A stretch of 64,000 bases of DNA from a virus (Duplodnaviria > Caudoviricetes): IMG/VR virus record IMGVR_UViG_3300001765_000027, positions 1-64,000 of that record; one strand, given 5' to 3'. The first letter of the stretch is position 1, and every line of letters begins with the position of its first letter. The translations under genes were made by a program, and so were the position numbers. Shown here one piece after another: positions 10,203 to 19,545 of the stretch. Below the pieces are notes generated by a model. That model was not told the origin of the DNA, made no database searches, and was given only the letters and a program-made list of their open reading frames with translations.

Positions 10203-10631
10203 ATGTTTGGTTTGCTCAGCATTAAGGAAAAGGTATTGGCAGGCTCCACGGCAGTACTACTCATACTGCTAGCTGGTATGTGGCTATACCACACGACAAC
10301 AATACACCTACTCAATTCGCAGCTAGAGGAAGTGCAGCAAGAGGCTGGTACCCTACGCGTAGATAAGGCATCTCTGGAGGCACAGAAAGCCCAATTAACG
10401 GCTACGTTAACCGCGCAGAATAAGGCTATTAGCGACTTGCTTACTGCGCAGGAAGCCTCGTCTAGGCAAGCACAAGCAGCAGTAGAGAAAGCCAAGCTTG
10501 AGGCGGCAAAGTGGAAGAAGCTATACGACGATATCTTCAACTCCCCTAAACCAGTAGCCGATGACTGCCAAGCCTTCAGCATACAACTTGATAAATACAT
10601 CAGCGTACGTAAATCGGAGAGTATGAAATGA
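10203..10631 (+). CDS. i-spanin (Rz-like)
   Basis: N-terminal TM followed by coiled coil, C-terminal Cys. Confidence 0.75.
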   Translation: MFGLLSIKEKVLAGSTAVLLILLAGMWLYHTTTIHLLNSQLEEVQQEAGTLRVDKASLEAQKAQLTATLTAQNKAISDLLTAQEASSRQAQAAVEKAKLEAAKWKKLYDDIFNSPKPVADDCQAFSIQLDKYISVRKSESMK

Positions 10632-10921
10632 GACAGATACTGCTTGCCGTGTTAGCTTTCTTCATCGCCACTGGGTTTACAGCCTGCGAAAAGAAATGCG
10701 ATCCTATTACTGTAGTGCAGGAGGTTAAGATTCCTGTGCCGGTTAAGTGCAAAATGACCTTACCAGTTGCGCCTATTAGCCCCATCAGCAATATACAACT
10801 AGGTGATACTTACTACCTTAAAGCTATGGCTCTTATGAAGGAGAACGAGCAGTACCGTAGATACTCTGAAGAGCTAGAAGCTGCGGCCACTGCATGTATT
10901 GAATCGCCCTTAGTACCTTGA
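10628..10921 (+). CDS. o-spanin (Rz1-like lipoprotein)
   Basis: Signal peptide with lipobox-like FTAC and Pro-rich VKIPVPVKC segment. Confidence 0.75.
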   Translation: MRQILLAVLAFFIATGFTACEKKCDPITVVQEVKIPVPVKCKMTLPVAPISPISNIQLGDTYYLKAMALMKENEQYRRYSEELEAAATACIESPLVP

Positions 10922-10927
10922 TATAAT
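10899..10927 (+). promoter_or_regulatory. sigma70-like promoter
   Basis: TTGAAT-N17-TATAAT. Confidence 0.65.
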
Positions 10928-10969
10928 ACTAGCGCAGTACCCTTTAACTCTACGAAAGGATGGTGATCT

Positions 10970-11026
10970 GTGGCTTGTAAGACCGGCGGTAAAGGTAAAG
11001 GAAAAGGCGGGGGCGGAAAGAAGTAA
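10970..11026 (+). CDS. 18-aa basic Gly/Lys peptide MACKTGGKGKGKGGGGKK
   Basis: GTG start after AAGGATGGTGA; own promoter upstream and terminator downstream. Confidence 0.5.
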   Translation: MACKTGGKGKGKGGGGKK

Positions 11027-11073
11027 AGCTAACGCTGACTGAACCTTGCTAGTTCACGTTCTGAAGTAAGATA

Positions 11074-11110
11074 ATAGCCCTAGGGATTAGTCTCTAGGGC
11101 TATTTGTTTT
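11074..11110 (+). terminator. intrinsic terminator
   Basis: ATAGCCCTAG...CTAGGGCTAT stem followed by T-run. Confidence 0.7.
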
Positions 11111-11139
11111 TGCAATCGATTTCAATTTAGGAGGTACCG

Positions 11140-12066
11140 GTGAAACCTATAAAAGAAGTAGTAATTAGGCCGATGCTTGCGCACTCTGAGCCTATAAATC
11201 CAGCAACGTACCCAATTCCGCCTAGCGGCGTATGGGTATCCCCAAAATTAGATGGGGTGCGGTGCATGCAGATGGCTTGCGAATCAAAGAGCAGGAAGCT
11301 GCTTAACATCCCAAATTTATTTGTGCAGAAAATGCTAGCTAATCCTGATCTGGATGGATTAGACGGAGAGTTAGTTGTAGGGCTACCAACGGCCCCTAAC
11401 TGCATAAACGTAACTACGTCAGGAGTTATGACCATAGCAGGCTATCCTGACTTTACCTACTATGTATTTGATATATGGGATAAGCCTAGTCTAGGGTTTC
11501 GTAGGAGATACGCAGAGATAAAGCACAGGGTTGCAAACCTTAAGCGTCGTGGTTTTCCTGTAGCTCTAGTGCCTCAAACACTTTGTTTTACTAACGAGGA
11601 AGCTGAGGCCGCCATAGGTGCCTTCTATGAGGCTGGCTACGAGGGTGGTATTGTACGTAGCTACAATGATCGTTATAAGTACAATCGATCAACACTCAAT
11701 GAAGGGTATCTACTGAAGGTAAAGGAGTCGGTAGATGCAGAGGCACGTATCGTGGACTTCATAGAGATGAACCATAACGACAATGAGGCCACAGTAAATG
11801 AACTTGGCCTAACCAAACGATCTACCCATAAGGATAATAAGCGTGGGGCAGGTACTCTAGGTCGTATGGTGGGTATTGACCTAGTTACAGGTGATGAGAT
11901 AAAAATAGGCCCCGGCAAGATGACGGCAGAGGAAAAGCTGCACGTATGGATGAACAAAGAACTGTATCGAAATAAGATATCGAAGTATCGGTACGGTAAG
12001 CATGGAGTAAAGGATAAGCCGCGTTTCCCAAGACATATTGTGTGGCGCGACCCTATCGACGTGTGA
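11140..12066 (+). CDS. ATP-dependent DNA ligase
   Basis: KLDGVR adenylation motif, LDGEL, YVFDI, YEGGI, LLKVK, PRFP. Confidence 0.93.
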   Translation: MKPIKEVVIRPMLAHSEPINPATYPIPPSGVWVSPKLDGVRCMQMACESKSRKLLNIPNLFVQKMLANPDLDGLDGELVVGLPTAPNCINVTTSGVMTIAGYPDFTYYVFDIWDKPSLGFRRRYAEIKHRVANLKRRGFPVALVPQTLCFTNEEAEAAIGAFYEAGYEGGIVRSYNDRYKYNRSTLNEGYLLKVKESVDAEARIVDFIEMNHNDNEATVNELGLTKRSTHKDNKRGAGTLGRMVGIDLVTGDEIKIGPGKMTAEEKLHVWMNKELYRNKISKYRYGKHGVKDKPRFPRHIVWRDPIDV

Positions 12067-12153
12067 TATAGTACTACCAGTTTCACAGGGCGCAAGACGG
12101 AAAGACAACACCCTGTACTTAGCCCGCAAGGGTATTTTTACAGGAGCGATACC

Positions 12154-12405
12154 ATGAGTGAATTAGGTGCAGTTGTAGCAAAGATGGTGTGTAACACGAT
12201 GGAGACTCACGAGTATTCCCACAACTACTCGCAGCGCAAAGTAAGGCTAGGAGCAGTGTGCGGTAATAGTGGTGAGAACGCAGCCTTTACTAAGGCTACC
12301 CCTTCGGGTGAATGCTGGATGCAGATTGACGCAAGCGCCCCGGCAGCGGCCTTCTTCATACCGGGAAAGAAGTACTATGTAACTTTTACTGAAGCACCTG
12401 ACTGA
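12154..12405 (+). CDS. conserved phage hypothetical protein
   Basis: GGAG RBS; EN..F.KATPSG and PGK.YYV.F motifs; followed by terminator. Confidence 0.6.
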   Translation: MSELGAVVAKMVCNTMETHEYSHNYSQRKVRLGAVCGNSGENAAFTKATPSGECWMQIDASAPAAAFFIPGKKYYVTFTEAPD

Positions 12406-12438
12406 CGGTTGACCCGTAGTAACCTGAAGTAGCACAAT

Positions 12439-12477
12439 GGCCCTTGGAATTCGTTTCGAGGGCCTTTTTGTTTTTTT
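12439..12477 (+). terminator. intrinsic terminator
   Basis: GGCCCTTGGA...TTCGAGGGCC stem with long T-run. Confidence 0.7.
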
Positions 12478-12561
12478 GCAATCGATTTCAAATACGTAGC
12501 TGGTTCTTTCGCCCGACAGGTAGCGGCGTTAGAATGGTCGAAATTTCAAAAGGAGTAAAAC

Positions 12562-14217
12562 ATGGACATAACTAGCAGTCACGCACAACGCCATTCTGAA
12601 AGAGACTTTTCAGTGAAGTTCTCCACGTACGTAGATTCGGGGGCAGGGATCATCCATGTGCGCACCAATGAGATAATCCGCGCATCTATTGCCGTACGTA
12701 CTCAGGCCATTCTGGATAACGGAACGGTCAAGGAGTGGGATGTAGTTAATGGTTTCCGTACCTACACCAAGGATAATGTAGATAACGTACTGATTGCAGG
12801 CGATGCCAATATTGACATTGGCTCTGCCTTCTCTTCCCCGTTGGATCAGTTGCGCAATTCATCCAGCGAGGATGGTGTGTTTTACTTCGTCTATGTAAAT
12901 CCCCATGTATTCATGGAGAACAACCCGACACTGACACAATTGCTTATTACCTATAGCCATGCACTACCATCCAAGAATGTAATTGTGGTATTGATTACTC
13001 CAGATGCACCATTACCTACTGAGGTAGATGCGAATATCCTCTCTATCCATTTTGAGCCACCCGGACTAGGTGAGTTGAAGGACGCGCTCAGCGGTATCCT
13101 AGACGGGGTTAGCGGAGACTTTGAGGATGGAGTGGACATGGACGAAGCTGCCGTAGAGAAAGTATGCTACGTTGGCGCAGGTATGACTAAGAACCACTTT
13201 GAGATGTATGCTGCTTTGTCTATAGTAGAGGCGGGTCGCGCTGGCAAGGATTCAGTCAATGTCGATGACCTTATCAAAGGCGTATCGATAGGCAAGACTG
13301 ATGTAGTCAACTCCAACGATATCTTAGAACTGTATCCCTCCACCGATATCAATAACGTAGGCGGTCTGGAGAACTTGAAGGATTGGGTACAGAAACGGCG
13401 TAGCTGCTACTCGGATGCGGCTAAGGACTTTGGTATTGAGCCACCTAAGGGAGTGGTCTTGGTAGGCCCTCCCGGTACTGGCAAGAGTCTTATCGCCAAG
13501 GCTATCTCATCTGAGCTTGGGGTTCCTCTAGTACGTCTAGACTTTGGGCGGGTATTCAACTCGCTGGTAGGGGCCTCAGAGCAACGCATGAGAACGGCGC
13601 TGAAGATGGTAGAGATGATGAGTCCTTGCGTACTATTCTGCGACGAGATAGACAAGGGTCTAGGCGGCATTGGCGGTAGCGGGGATAGCGGTACCAGCAA
13701 CAGGGTACTAGGCTCGTTCCTTACTTGGCTACAGGACTGCCAGCATCCAGTATTTGTCATGGTAACTGCCAACAACGTAACAGGACTTCCGCCAGAGATG
13801 CTTCGCCGTGGCCGCTTTGATGCTATCTTCTCTACGTCTTTGCCTAACTCTAAAGACAGGCGCGAGGTACTACGCATCCATCTGAAGTTGCGTAAGCGTA
13901 AGCTGGAGAGCTTTAATAAGGACGACGTTAATGAGATTGTTAATCTCTCTGAAGGATATGTACCCGCAGAGATTGAATCTGCCGTAAAGGATGCTCTGGT
14001 TGACGCGTACAATGCGGACGAAGAGATGGGTATGCAGCATGTCAAGAAAGCATTACTGTCTATGGTTCCGTTGTCTAAGGCCTTCGCTAGACAGATTCAG
14101 GAAATGAATGAGTGGGCAAAAGCAAACGCAACGCCGGCAGGCATCGACTCAAGTTCTGCTACAGAGACAAAGGTAGCAAATGCTCGGCGTGTCAGTACTA
14201 GGAGCAGGGCGAGATAA
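12562..14217 (+). CDS. AAA+ ATPase, Ycf46-like
   Basis: Degenerate N-terminal AAA module; VGGLENLKDW, Walker A GPPGTGKS, Walker B FCDEIDKG, PPEMLRRGRFD, VPLSK..W C-terminus. Confidence 0.88.
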   Translation: MDITSSHAQRHSERDFSVKFSTYVDSGAGIIHVRTNEIIRASIAVRTQAILDNGTVKEWDVVNGFRTYTKDNVDNVLIAGDANIDIGSAFSSPLDQLRNSSSEDGVFYFVYVNPHVFMENNPTLTQLLITYSHALPSKNVIVVLITPDAPLPTEVDANILSIHFEPPGLGELKDALSGILDGVSGDFEDGVDMDEAAVEKVCYVGAGMTKNHFEMYAALSIVEAGRAGKDSVNVDDLIKGVSIGKTDVVNSNDILELYPSTDINNVGGLENLKDWVQKRRSCYSDAAKDFGIEPPKGVVLVGPPGTGKSLIAKAISSELGVPLVRLDFGRVFNSLVGASEQRMRTALKMVEMMSPCVLFCDEIDKGLGGIGGSGDSGTSNRVLGSFLTWLQDCQHPVFVMVTANNVTGLPPEMLRRGRFDAIFSTSLPNSKDRREVLRIHLKLRKRKLESFNKDDVNEIVNLSEGYVPAEIESAVKDALVDAYNADEEMGMQHVKKALLSMVPLSKAFARQIQEMNEWAKANATPAGIDSSSATETKVANARRVSTRSRAR

Positions 14218-14227
14218 GGAGGCAAAA

Positions 14228-14836
14228 ATGCAATCGATTGCAATTGGTTATGGCAAAGTGACTTTCTCTACGGCATCCGCGACACTCGCGGGTTTCGTAG
14301 TGGAGGCCCCTTTCATCCGCACACTAACGTCAAAGAAGCTGCCTAAGATAGGCGGCACTATGCGTATCCCGGTAAGCAGCCATCCTGAGATTGATGGTTG
14401 GTTGTTTCAGGACACGGTACATGCACCTGACGGCACTATCGTTATGGTGCAGATGCAGTACAAGTACAGAGGTTCTGGTTTGCGGGATGGGGCTATATTC
14501 GTACGTACCCGTACTGAGGGTAGCGGATTGTTGATTGCGGCTAAACTACCAAGTGATCCGCGCTCTACTATGGGTACTAATAGGCATCCGCTATTCGCAG
14601 GGTGGGGCGATATTATGACGGTAGAAGAACTAGCTAAGTGCGGTATTGAGCCTCCCAAGAATTTTATCAGCGCATTCATGGAGCCTGAGGAAATCGATGA
14701 GTGCTTTGACATAACGGTTACCAGACCCCCAGTATCACTACCTCCCTTGGAAGAGACCAGAGTTTCATCAAGTGGGGAAGAAGTGACGATACGGATAACC
14801 CGTACTCAGCGTAGAATGCGTATTCGTAGGACGTAG
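14228..14836 (+). CDS. hypothetical protein with Arg-rich C-tail
   Basis: AGGAGG RBS before ATG 14228. Confidence 0.65.
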   Translation: MQSIAIGYGKVTFSTASATLAGFVVEAPFIRTLTSKKLPKIGGTMRIPVSSHPEIDGWLFQDTVHAPDGTIVMVQMQYKYRGSGLRDGAIFVRTRTEGSGLLIAAKLPSDPRSTMGTNRHPLFAGWGDIMTVEELAKCGIEPPKNFISAFMEPEEIDECFDITVTRPPVSLPPLEETRVSSSGEEVTIRITRTQRRMRIRRT

Positions 14837-14846
14837 ACATACAGAT

Positions 14847-14875
14847 TTGACAAAGAAATCTATATGTGCGATAAT
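14847..14875 (+). promoter_or_regulatory. sigma70-like promoter
   Basis: TTGACA-N17-GATAAT; shares TTGACAAAGAAA with promoter at 22230. Confidence 0.75.
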
Positions 14876-14905
14876 ACCTAGTGCGGTAATTTTAAGGAGA
14901 GGCAT

Positions 14906-15352
14906 ATGAGCCATACTACAGAAGTGAATGATATCGTATTCTCTGATATCGAAGCGTTGAAAGCAGCAGTGAATGAACTTAACACTAGAGGAGTTAAGTG
15001 CAGTCTAGTTAAGGGCGGCACCCCACGCGCTTACTACCAGAACCAGCAAGGTATGGGCGCTGCGGATTACACGCTTCAGTTGGCTGACTCCCCGTACGAT
15101 ATTGGTTTCTATCGGGACAACGCTAAGAAAGGCCTTGTAGCCCGTACTGATCTTTTCATGGGTCACGTATCACGGTTACTTGGTGCGCAAGGCCAGACCG
15201 GGGAGAAAGCAGAACAGGCAGCACTAGGTAAGCTTTACCAGACCTACGCAATTCATGCCGCTACGCGTAAAGCAGTGCAGCAGGGTATGTCAGTAAAGCG
15301 GGTGAATAATTCGGACGGTAGCGTACGTCTTGTGGTTGGGGGTATTCGATAA
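14906..15352 (+). CDS. DUF1257 / Ycf35-like protein
   Basis: MSH start, D.EALKAA..EL, YDIGF, KL.Q.YA, DGSVRLV; typical partner of Ycf46-like AAA. Confidence 0.75.
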   Translation: MSHTTEVNDIVFSDIEALKAAVNELNTRGVKCSLVKGGTPRAYYQNQQGMGAADYTLQLADSPYDIGFYRDNAKKGLVARTDLFMGHVSRLLGAQGQTGEKAEQAALGKLYQTYAIHAATRKAVQQGMSVKRVNNSDGSVRLVVGGIR

Positions 15353-15552
15353 TGGCTAAGCAGATCGTAATTGATATTACCCCTGCCGGATCGGTAAAGG
15401 TAGATGCTCAGGGGTTCAATGGAGTTGGGTGTGACAAGGCCACTGAGATGATCGAGATTGCCATCGGTGGGGCTGGCGTAAAGAAGAAGACTAAGAAGCC
15501 TGAGTACTACGCACCGGCAGGACAAAAGGCATCCAATAAACTAGCGTTTTAA
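15352..15552 (+). CDS. DUF2997-like protein
   Basis: I.I.P.G.V.V...GF.G..C..AT..IE and K.PEYY motifs. Confidence 0.75.
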   Translation: MAKQIVIDITPAGSVKVDAQGFNGVGCDKATEMIEIAIGGAGVKKKTKKPEYYAPAGQKASNKLAF

Positions 15553-15562
15553 GGGGTATAAC

Positions 15563-15958
15563 ATGGGCGAACTGGTCATAGCTTTTGAGGTTGATGGTAG
15601 GCTGGAGGCGTTGCACTTAGACAAGTTTGATCTTGGCTTCCTTGGTGCTAAAAGTATTGCTAGGCAGTCAAGCATTGTCTGGAATGAGATGGCCCAGAAT
15701 TGGGCTATACATTACCACGCTGGCGAGGAACGGGTTATGCACGAAAACCTAGACGGCTTCTCTGGGTATGATGAAGCGCGTGAGTTTGAGGTGCTATGGC
15801 TTAACAACTGTAGGCTGTATCAAGTAACCCCGGAAAGCTACCTAGGCCTTATGTACGCCGGCTACCTACGGTATGGTGATAAAACAGAGTGCTTCACCCT
15901 ACCTGACGGTTCTTGTATAGGCGAAGCTTGCATGCACTGCGTTACCCATAAGACGTAG
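15563..15958 (+). CDS. hypothetical protein of the AAA/DUF1257/DUF2997 operon
   Basis: RBS AAGGGG; co-oriented in operon. Confidence 0.55.
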   Translation: MGELVIAFEVDGRLEALHLDKFDLGFLGAKSIARQSSIVWNEMAQNWAIHYHAGEERVMHENLDGFSGYDEAREFEVLWLNNCRLYQVTPESYLGLMYAGYLRYGDKTECFTLPDGSCIGEACMHCVTHKT

Positions 15959-16054
15959 TGCAAAAAAATCCCCACCGAGATTTCTCTCAAGGTGGGGTAA
16001 TAGGGAGGAGGACTTGCAAGCAGTAGTGTATAACATAACCGGGGTACTTGCAAC

Positions 16055-17491
16055 ATGGCATCATTTGCGTATCAGGTAGAAGAAAAGAAAAAACGTGGTA
16101 GACCAGCAAAACGAATAGATAAACGGGTACGTAGCTATAAAGACATAGTAGCGGCACTGCCGCCAGAAGTAGGGAGCAAGCTGGTATTCAGTAGGGAAGT
16201 ATTCGTCAAGTCATATGATCTGACGAAATGGTTGCGCGTATATGGCTTAGGGGTACTGAACCCGCAGGAGTTCTTGCTATTGCACTTCATATTCTCCCGC
16301 ACTCTGCATTACGGAAAGCTAGCAGAGATGATTACGAAGGATCATTTTCTTCGTGGAGTATGGAGCGGCGATGAAGTTGTCTGCATGCCAATACGCACAA
16401 ACCCAAACACACTGTACAAAACCATACGCAGTCTAGAAGAAAAAGGACTGATAACGGTAACCCCGATCCACCTACAGGGCCGTGACTTGCCCACTTTGTA
16501 CGAAATTGCAATCGATTTCATTTTAGGTTTGCGTCCTAGTGAGGAATATATGAGCAAGCTTCGACAGCCCAAAGTAAAGAAAACTGCCGATGTTGTAGAT
16601 TTTGAGGCCTTTAGGGCAGCAAAAATGGGCCTAATTGGTGGTACCAATTCGTACCACCTAGACGACAAACAGGTGGTACCAATTCGTACCACAAATATAA
16701 GTAATATAAAAACAGAAGATAATAAAGTATTAGTTGCGTCGGCTTCGCCTAGCAACGAAGTCGCTTTGCGAGTGCGTAGAAAACCAAGAGCATCAAGCGG
16801 TTTTGAAATTGATTGCAATGCAAGTGCGCGAGATGTAATCAATCTTACTATCGAACGCAGTACTGCGAAGCGAGAGGCTAAGGTAGTACGGGCAGCGCAG
16901 GGAAGCGCGGTAGCGCTAGCTGATCTTAACGCTACTTGGAAGAAAGCCATGATTGCTGAATTCGGTACATGCACCGTTGCGGGGCTTACAGTTAAAGAGT
17001 TTGGCATGTTCAAGAGAATAGTAAAGACGCACGAGATAGCTTGCACATGGCTGGAGTTCTTTACTTGGGTAATTGGTAACTGGACACGCATAAACCGCGA
17101 GAGTCGTGAGTTCAACGAGTACAGGAAGAAAAAGAGTGGAGAATGGTCTATGAAGCAGGAGGACATGGTATTTCTAGGGAGCGAAGTACCTGACCTATTT
17201 ATGACCATCAAAAACTTTGGAAAGCTTATTAAGCGCTATTCACAGCATTCGCTAGGTGTAGTAGTAGCTGGTAAGCGCGAAGATACTGAGGAAGTTAAAC
17301 AGCTACGGCAGGAGCTAGCCTCTGCGCGTAAGGAGGCATCAACTAGCCAGCACCTACTAAGAAAGGCTATGACTGCGCGAGAGGAAAAGCCTGTAGCTAG
17401 AGTTGCGCCTAAGGTAAAGGCTAGAATAGTAAATCCAGACGTAGATACGTTCTTTGATGAACCTACGGAAACTTTGCCGAGGTGGAAATGA
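16055..17491 (+). CDS. replication initiator (lambda O-like, winged HTH)
   Basis: LLLHFIFSRTL.YGK and TLYKTIRSLEEKGLI wHTH; internal iteron-like repeats; upstream of loader and DnaB. Confidence 0.65.
   Translation: MASFAYQVEEKKKRGRPAKRIDKRVRSYKDIVAALPPEVGSKLVFSREVFVKSYDLTKWLRVYGLGVLNPQEFLLLHFIFSRTLHYGKLAEMITKDHFLRGVWSGDEVVCMPIRTNPNTLYKTIRSLEEKGLITVTPIHLQGRDLPTLYEIAIDFILGLRPSEEYMSKLRQPKVKKTADVVDFEAFRAAKMGLIGGTNSYHLDDKQVVPIRTTNISNIKTEDNKVLVASASPSNEVALRVRRKPRASSGFEIDCNASARDVINLTIERSTAKREAKVVRAAQGSAVALADLNATWKKAMIAEFGTCTVAGLTVKEFGMFKRIVKTHEIACTWLEFFTWVIGNWTRINRESREFNEYRKKKSGEWSMKQEDMVFLGSEVPDLFMTIKNFGKLIKRYSQHSLGVVVAGKREDTEEVKQLRQELASARKEASTSQHLLRKAMTAREEKPVARVAPKVKARIVNPDVDTFFDEPTETLPRWK
16637..16731. 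repeat. putative replication origin: two 21-bp repeats plus AT-rich tract
   Basis: GGTGGTACCAATTCGTACCAC at 16637 and 16672, each with GTGGTAC/GTACCAC inverted arms, then an A/T-rich stretch 16693-16731. Confidence 0.7.
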
Positions 17492-18051
17492 GCAACGATC
17501 TTATAGTACAGCAACTCCGCAATGCGGGGATACCTAGCGAAGCTCTAAAGACCACGCTTCCTAAAGAGGGGCTGGTAGAGATGCGTGAGTACGTAGACAC
17601 TGAGGCGTACAAAGAGAAGAGGATTGTGCATATACATGCTTCTTCTACTAGGACTACCCAGTACGTCGAGAAAGCTGAGCTTGCTTTCTATCTGCTAGCT
17701 AAGGAACTTGCCCTCATGGGTGAGGACGTATATTGCTGCGACCTAGTGGATATACACACCGCACTATTTAAGGAGACTGACGAGGCGTACGCTATTGCTA
17801 GTAGGGTGTATGACAAGTCTTCTGGCTTTATAGCGATAAGGCATTTCCATGATAGGGGAGGTAGGGTGGATCAGTTTATGACACCCTACGAGATTGCTTA
17901 CTTTACCTCGTGGCTGATTAGGCGCTATCAAGACGGGGCAGGGTTCATACTACTAGGTGCATCACCAATAATGGATGCTATTGATTGGTGGCCGGCATCC
18001 TTCATGGGGTACTTGCGTAGTAGGTCATTAGCTTTTGAGGTGAGAAAATGA
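17488..18051 (+). CDS. degenerate DnaC-like helicase loader
   Basis: AGIP N-terminus, position between initiator and DnaB; no intact Walker A. Confidence 0.45.
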   Translation: MSNDLIVQQLRNAGIPSEALKTTLPKEGLVEMREYVDTEAYKEKRIVHIHASSTRTTQYVEKAELAFYLLAKELALMGEDVYCCDLVDIHTALFKETDEAYAIASRVYDKSSGFIAIRHFHDRGGRVDQFMTPYEIAYFTSWLIRRYQDGAGFILLGASPIMDAIDWWPASFMGYLRSRSLAFEVRK

Positions 18052-19328
18052 GCGATGGGTTAAAGCTACTAGGGGCGATAATAGATACAGGCAGCGTACA
18101 TACGCTACGTGATCTACAGGAAGAAATATTCATCGAAGAGGAAGTAGCGCTGTATGCGATGATGCGTAGGCACTATCGCAGATACGGGCAGATACCTGCC
18201 ATAGCGACGGTAGAAGAGGAACTAGGTATTACGATACCTGAGGCCCCAGAGACCGTAGATTATTACATAAAGAGGGTACATGACCGGCGTCTATACAGTG
18301 TCATAAGAGAGAAGTTTAATTCACTGAAAGAAAGCCTGCGAGACTTCGACATGGATAGGTCGAAGGATTTGATTGACGAGATGCGCCTAGCTACTCGTGT
18401 AAATCACAGTAACTCAGACATACGTTCCTTAAGCGAGGCCTCTGTAGACGTACTACGCGAGTACGACTATGCCCACGAAAACCCCGGTGTGTCTGGCGTA
18501 CCTACGGGATGGGTTAGATTCGATAACCGAGTAGGTGGGTACCAGCCGGGGGATTTAGTATCGTGGGTGGCTAGACCTAACATGGGTAAGACGTACATCA
18601 TGCTGAAGCAGGCATCGGCGGCTTGGCAGTTTGGGTATAGTGTATTGGTAGTAACTATGGAGATGACTATCGAACAGATAGCTAGACGAGTGAATGCCAT
18701 ACAGGCTGGTCTTAATCCAGACTTTATCAGGAAGGGTACTCTATCGCAGTATGCCCGTAACCGCTTACAAAACTATGTCGATACGATGGTGGGGGCTGAA
18801 AGATTCAAGATGTTCTCAGGTGGCCTACGTAAGAAGGTTAGCGACATAGAGGTACTTATTCAGGAGTACAACCCAGACATAGTATTTATTGATGGCGTGT
18901 ACATGATGCAACCTGAGTCGAAGAGAGCAACGTCGAAGGTAGAGAAGGTCTCTGAAGTCTATGACGAGCTTAAGAAGCTAACGCTAGCGCACAACATACC
19001 TGTAGTAGTAACCACACAGTTTAACCGTACGGCAGGAAAGAAAGGTAAGGAAGGGTCACTAGAGAACATAGCCTTCAGTGACGCTATCTCTACACACAGT
19101 TCACTAGTAATATCGCTCAGAGAAGGGGAAGGATCAGACCTCATAAAGAAAACTCAGCGCATAGCTACGTTTCTTAAAGGACGCGAGGGTGAGGAGGGAG
19201 ACTTCAAGCTGCACTATAGTTTCTCGCCTATCAACTTCGATGAGGTATTCAATCCAGAAACTGATAGCGAAAACGGAGATGGGATAATAATACAGCAGAC
19301 ACAAAGAAACGTAGACTTCACTGTTTAA
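18048..19328 (+). CDS. dnaB: replicative DnaB-like helicase
   Basis: GVPTGW, ARPNMGKT, TMEM, VFIDG, QFNR, SDAI motifs. Confidence 0.92.
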   Translation: MSDGLKLLGAIIDTGSVHTLRDLQEEIFIEEEVALYAMMRRHYRRYGQIPAIATVEEELGITIPEAPETVDYYIKRVHDRRLYSVIREKFNSLKESLRDFDMDRSKDLIDEMRLATRVNHSNSDIRSLSEASVDVLREYDYAHENPGVSGVPTGWVRFDNRVGGYQPGDLVSWVARPNMGKTYIMLKQASAAWQFGYSVLVVTMEMTIEQIARRVNAIQAGLNPDFIRKGTLSQYARNRLQNYVDTMVGAERFKMFSGGLRKKVSDIEVLIQEYNPDIVFIDGVYMMQPESKRATSKVEKVSEVYDELKKLTLAHNIPVVVTTQFNRTAGKKGKEGSLENIAFSDAISTHSSLVISLREGEGSDLIKKTQRIATFLKGREGEEGDFKLHYSFSPINFDEVFNPETDSENGDGIIIQQTQRNVDFTV

Positions 19329-19356
19329 TTGAAATCGATTTCAAAAAGGAGCTTGT

Positions 19357-19545
19357 ATGTCTTTTAACACACACTTACTCAGCATGGAAGAGGTATGGTT
19401 TGCTAGAGAGCATCCATACGATATCAAGGTAGTTGGTGTAAAAAAGTTGGTTGCTGAAATAGAGGATATGGAAGACGCGCTGAAGGATAAGCATGACCAG
19501 CTTAAGGTGGCAGTAGGTGAAATGACTACAAGGATGAAAAAATGA
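19357..19545 (+). CDS. hypothetical protein
   Basis: AAGGAG RBS; stop overlaps polymerase start. Confidence 0.55.
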   Translation: MSFNTHLLSMEEVWFAREHPYDIKVVGVKKLVAEIEDMEDALKDKHDQLKVAVGEMTTRMKK

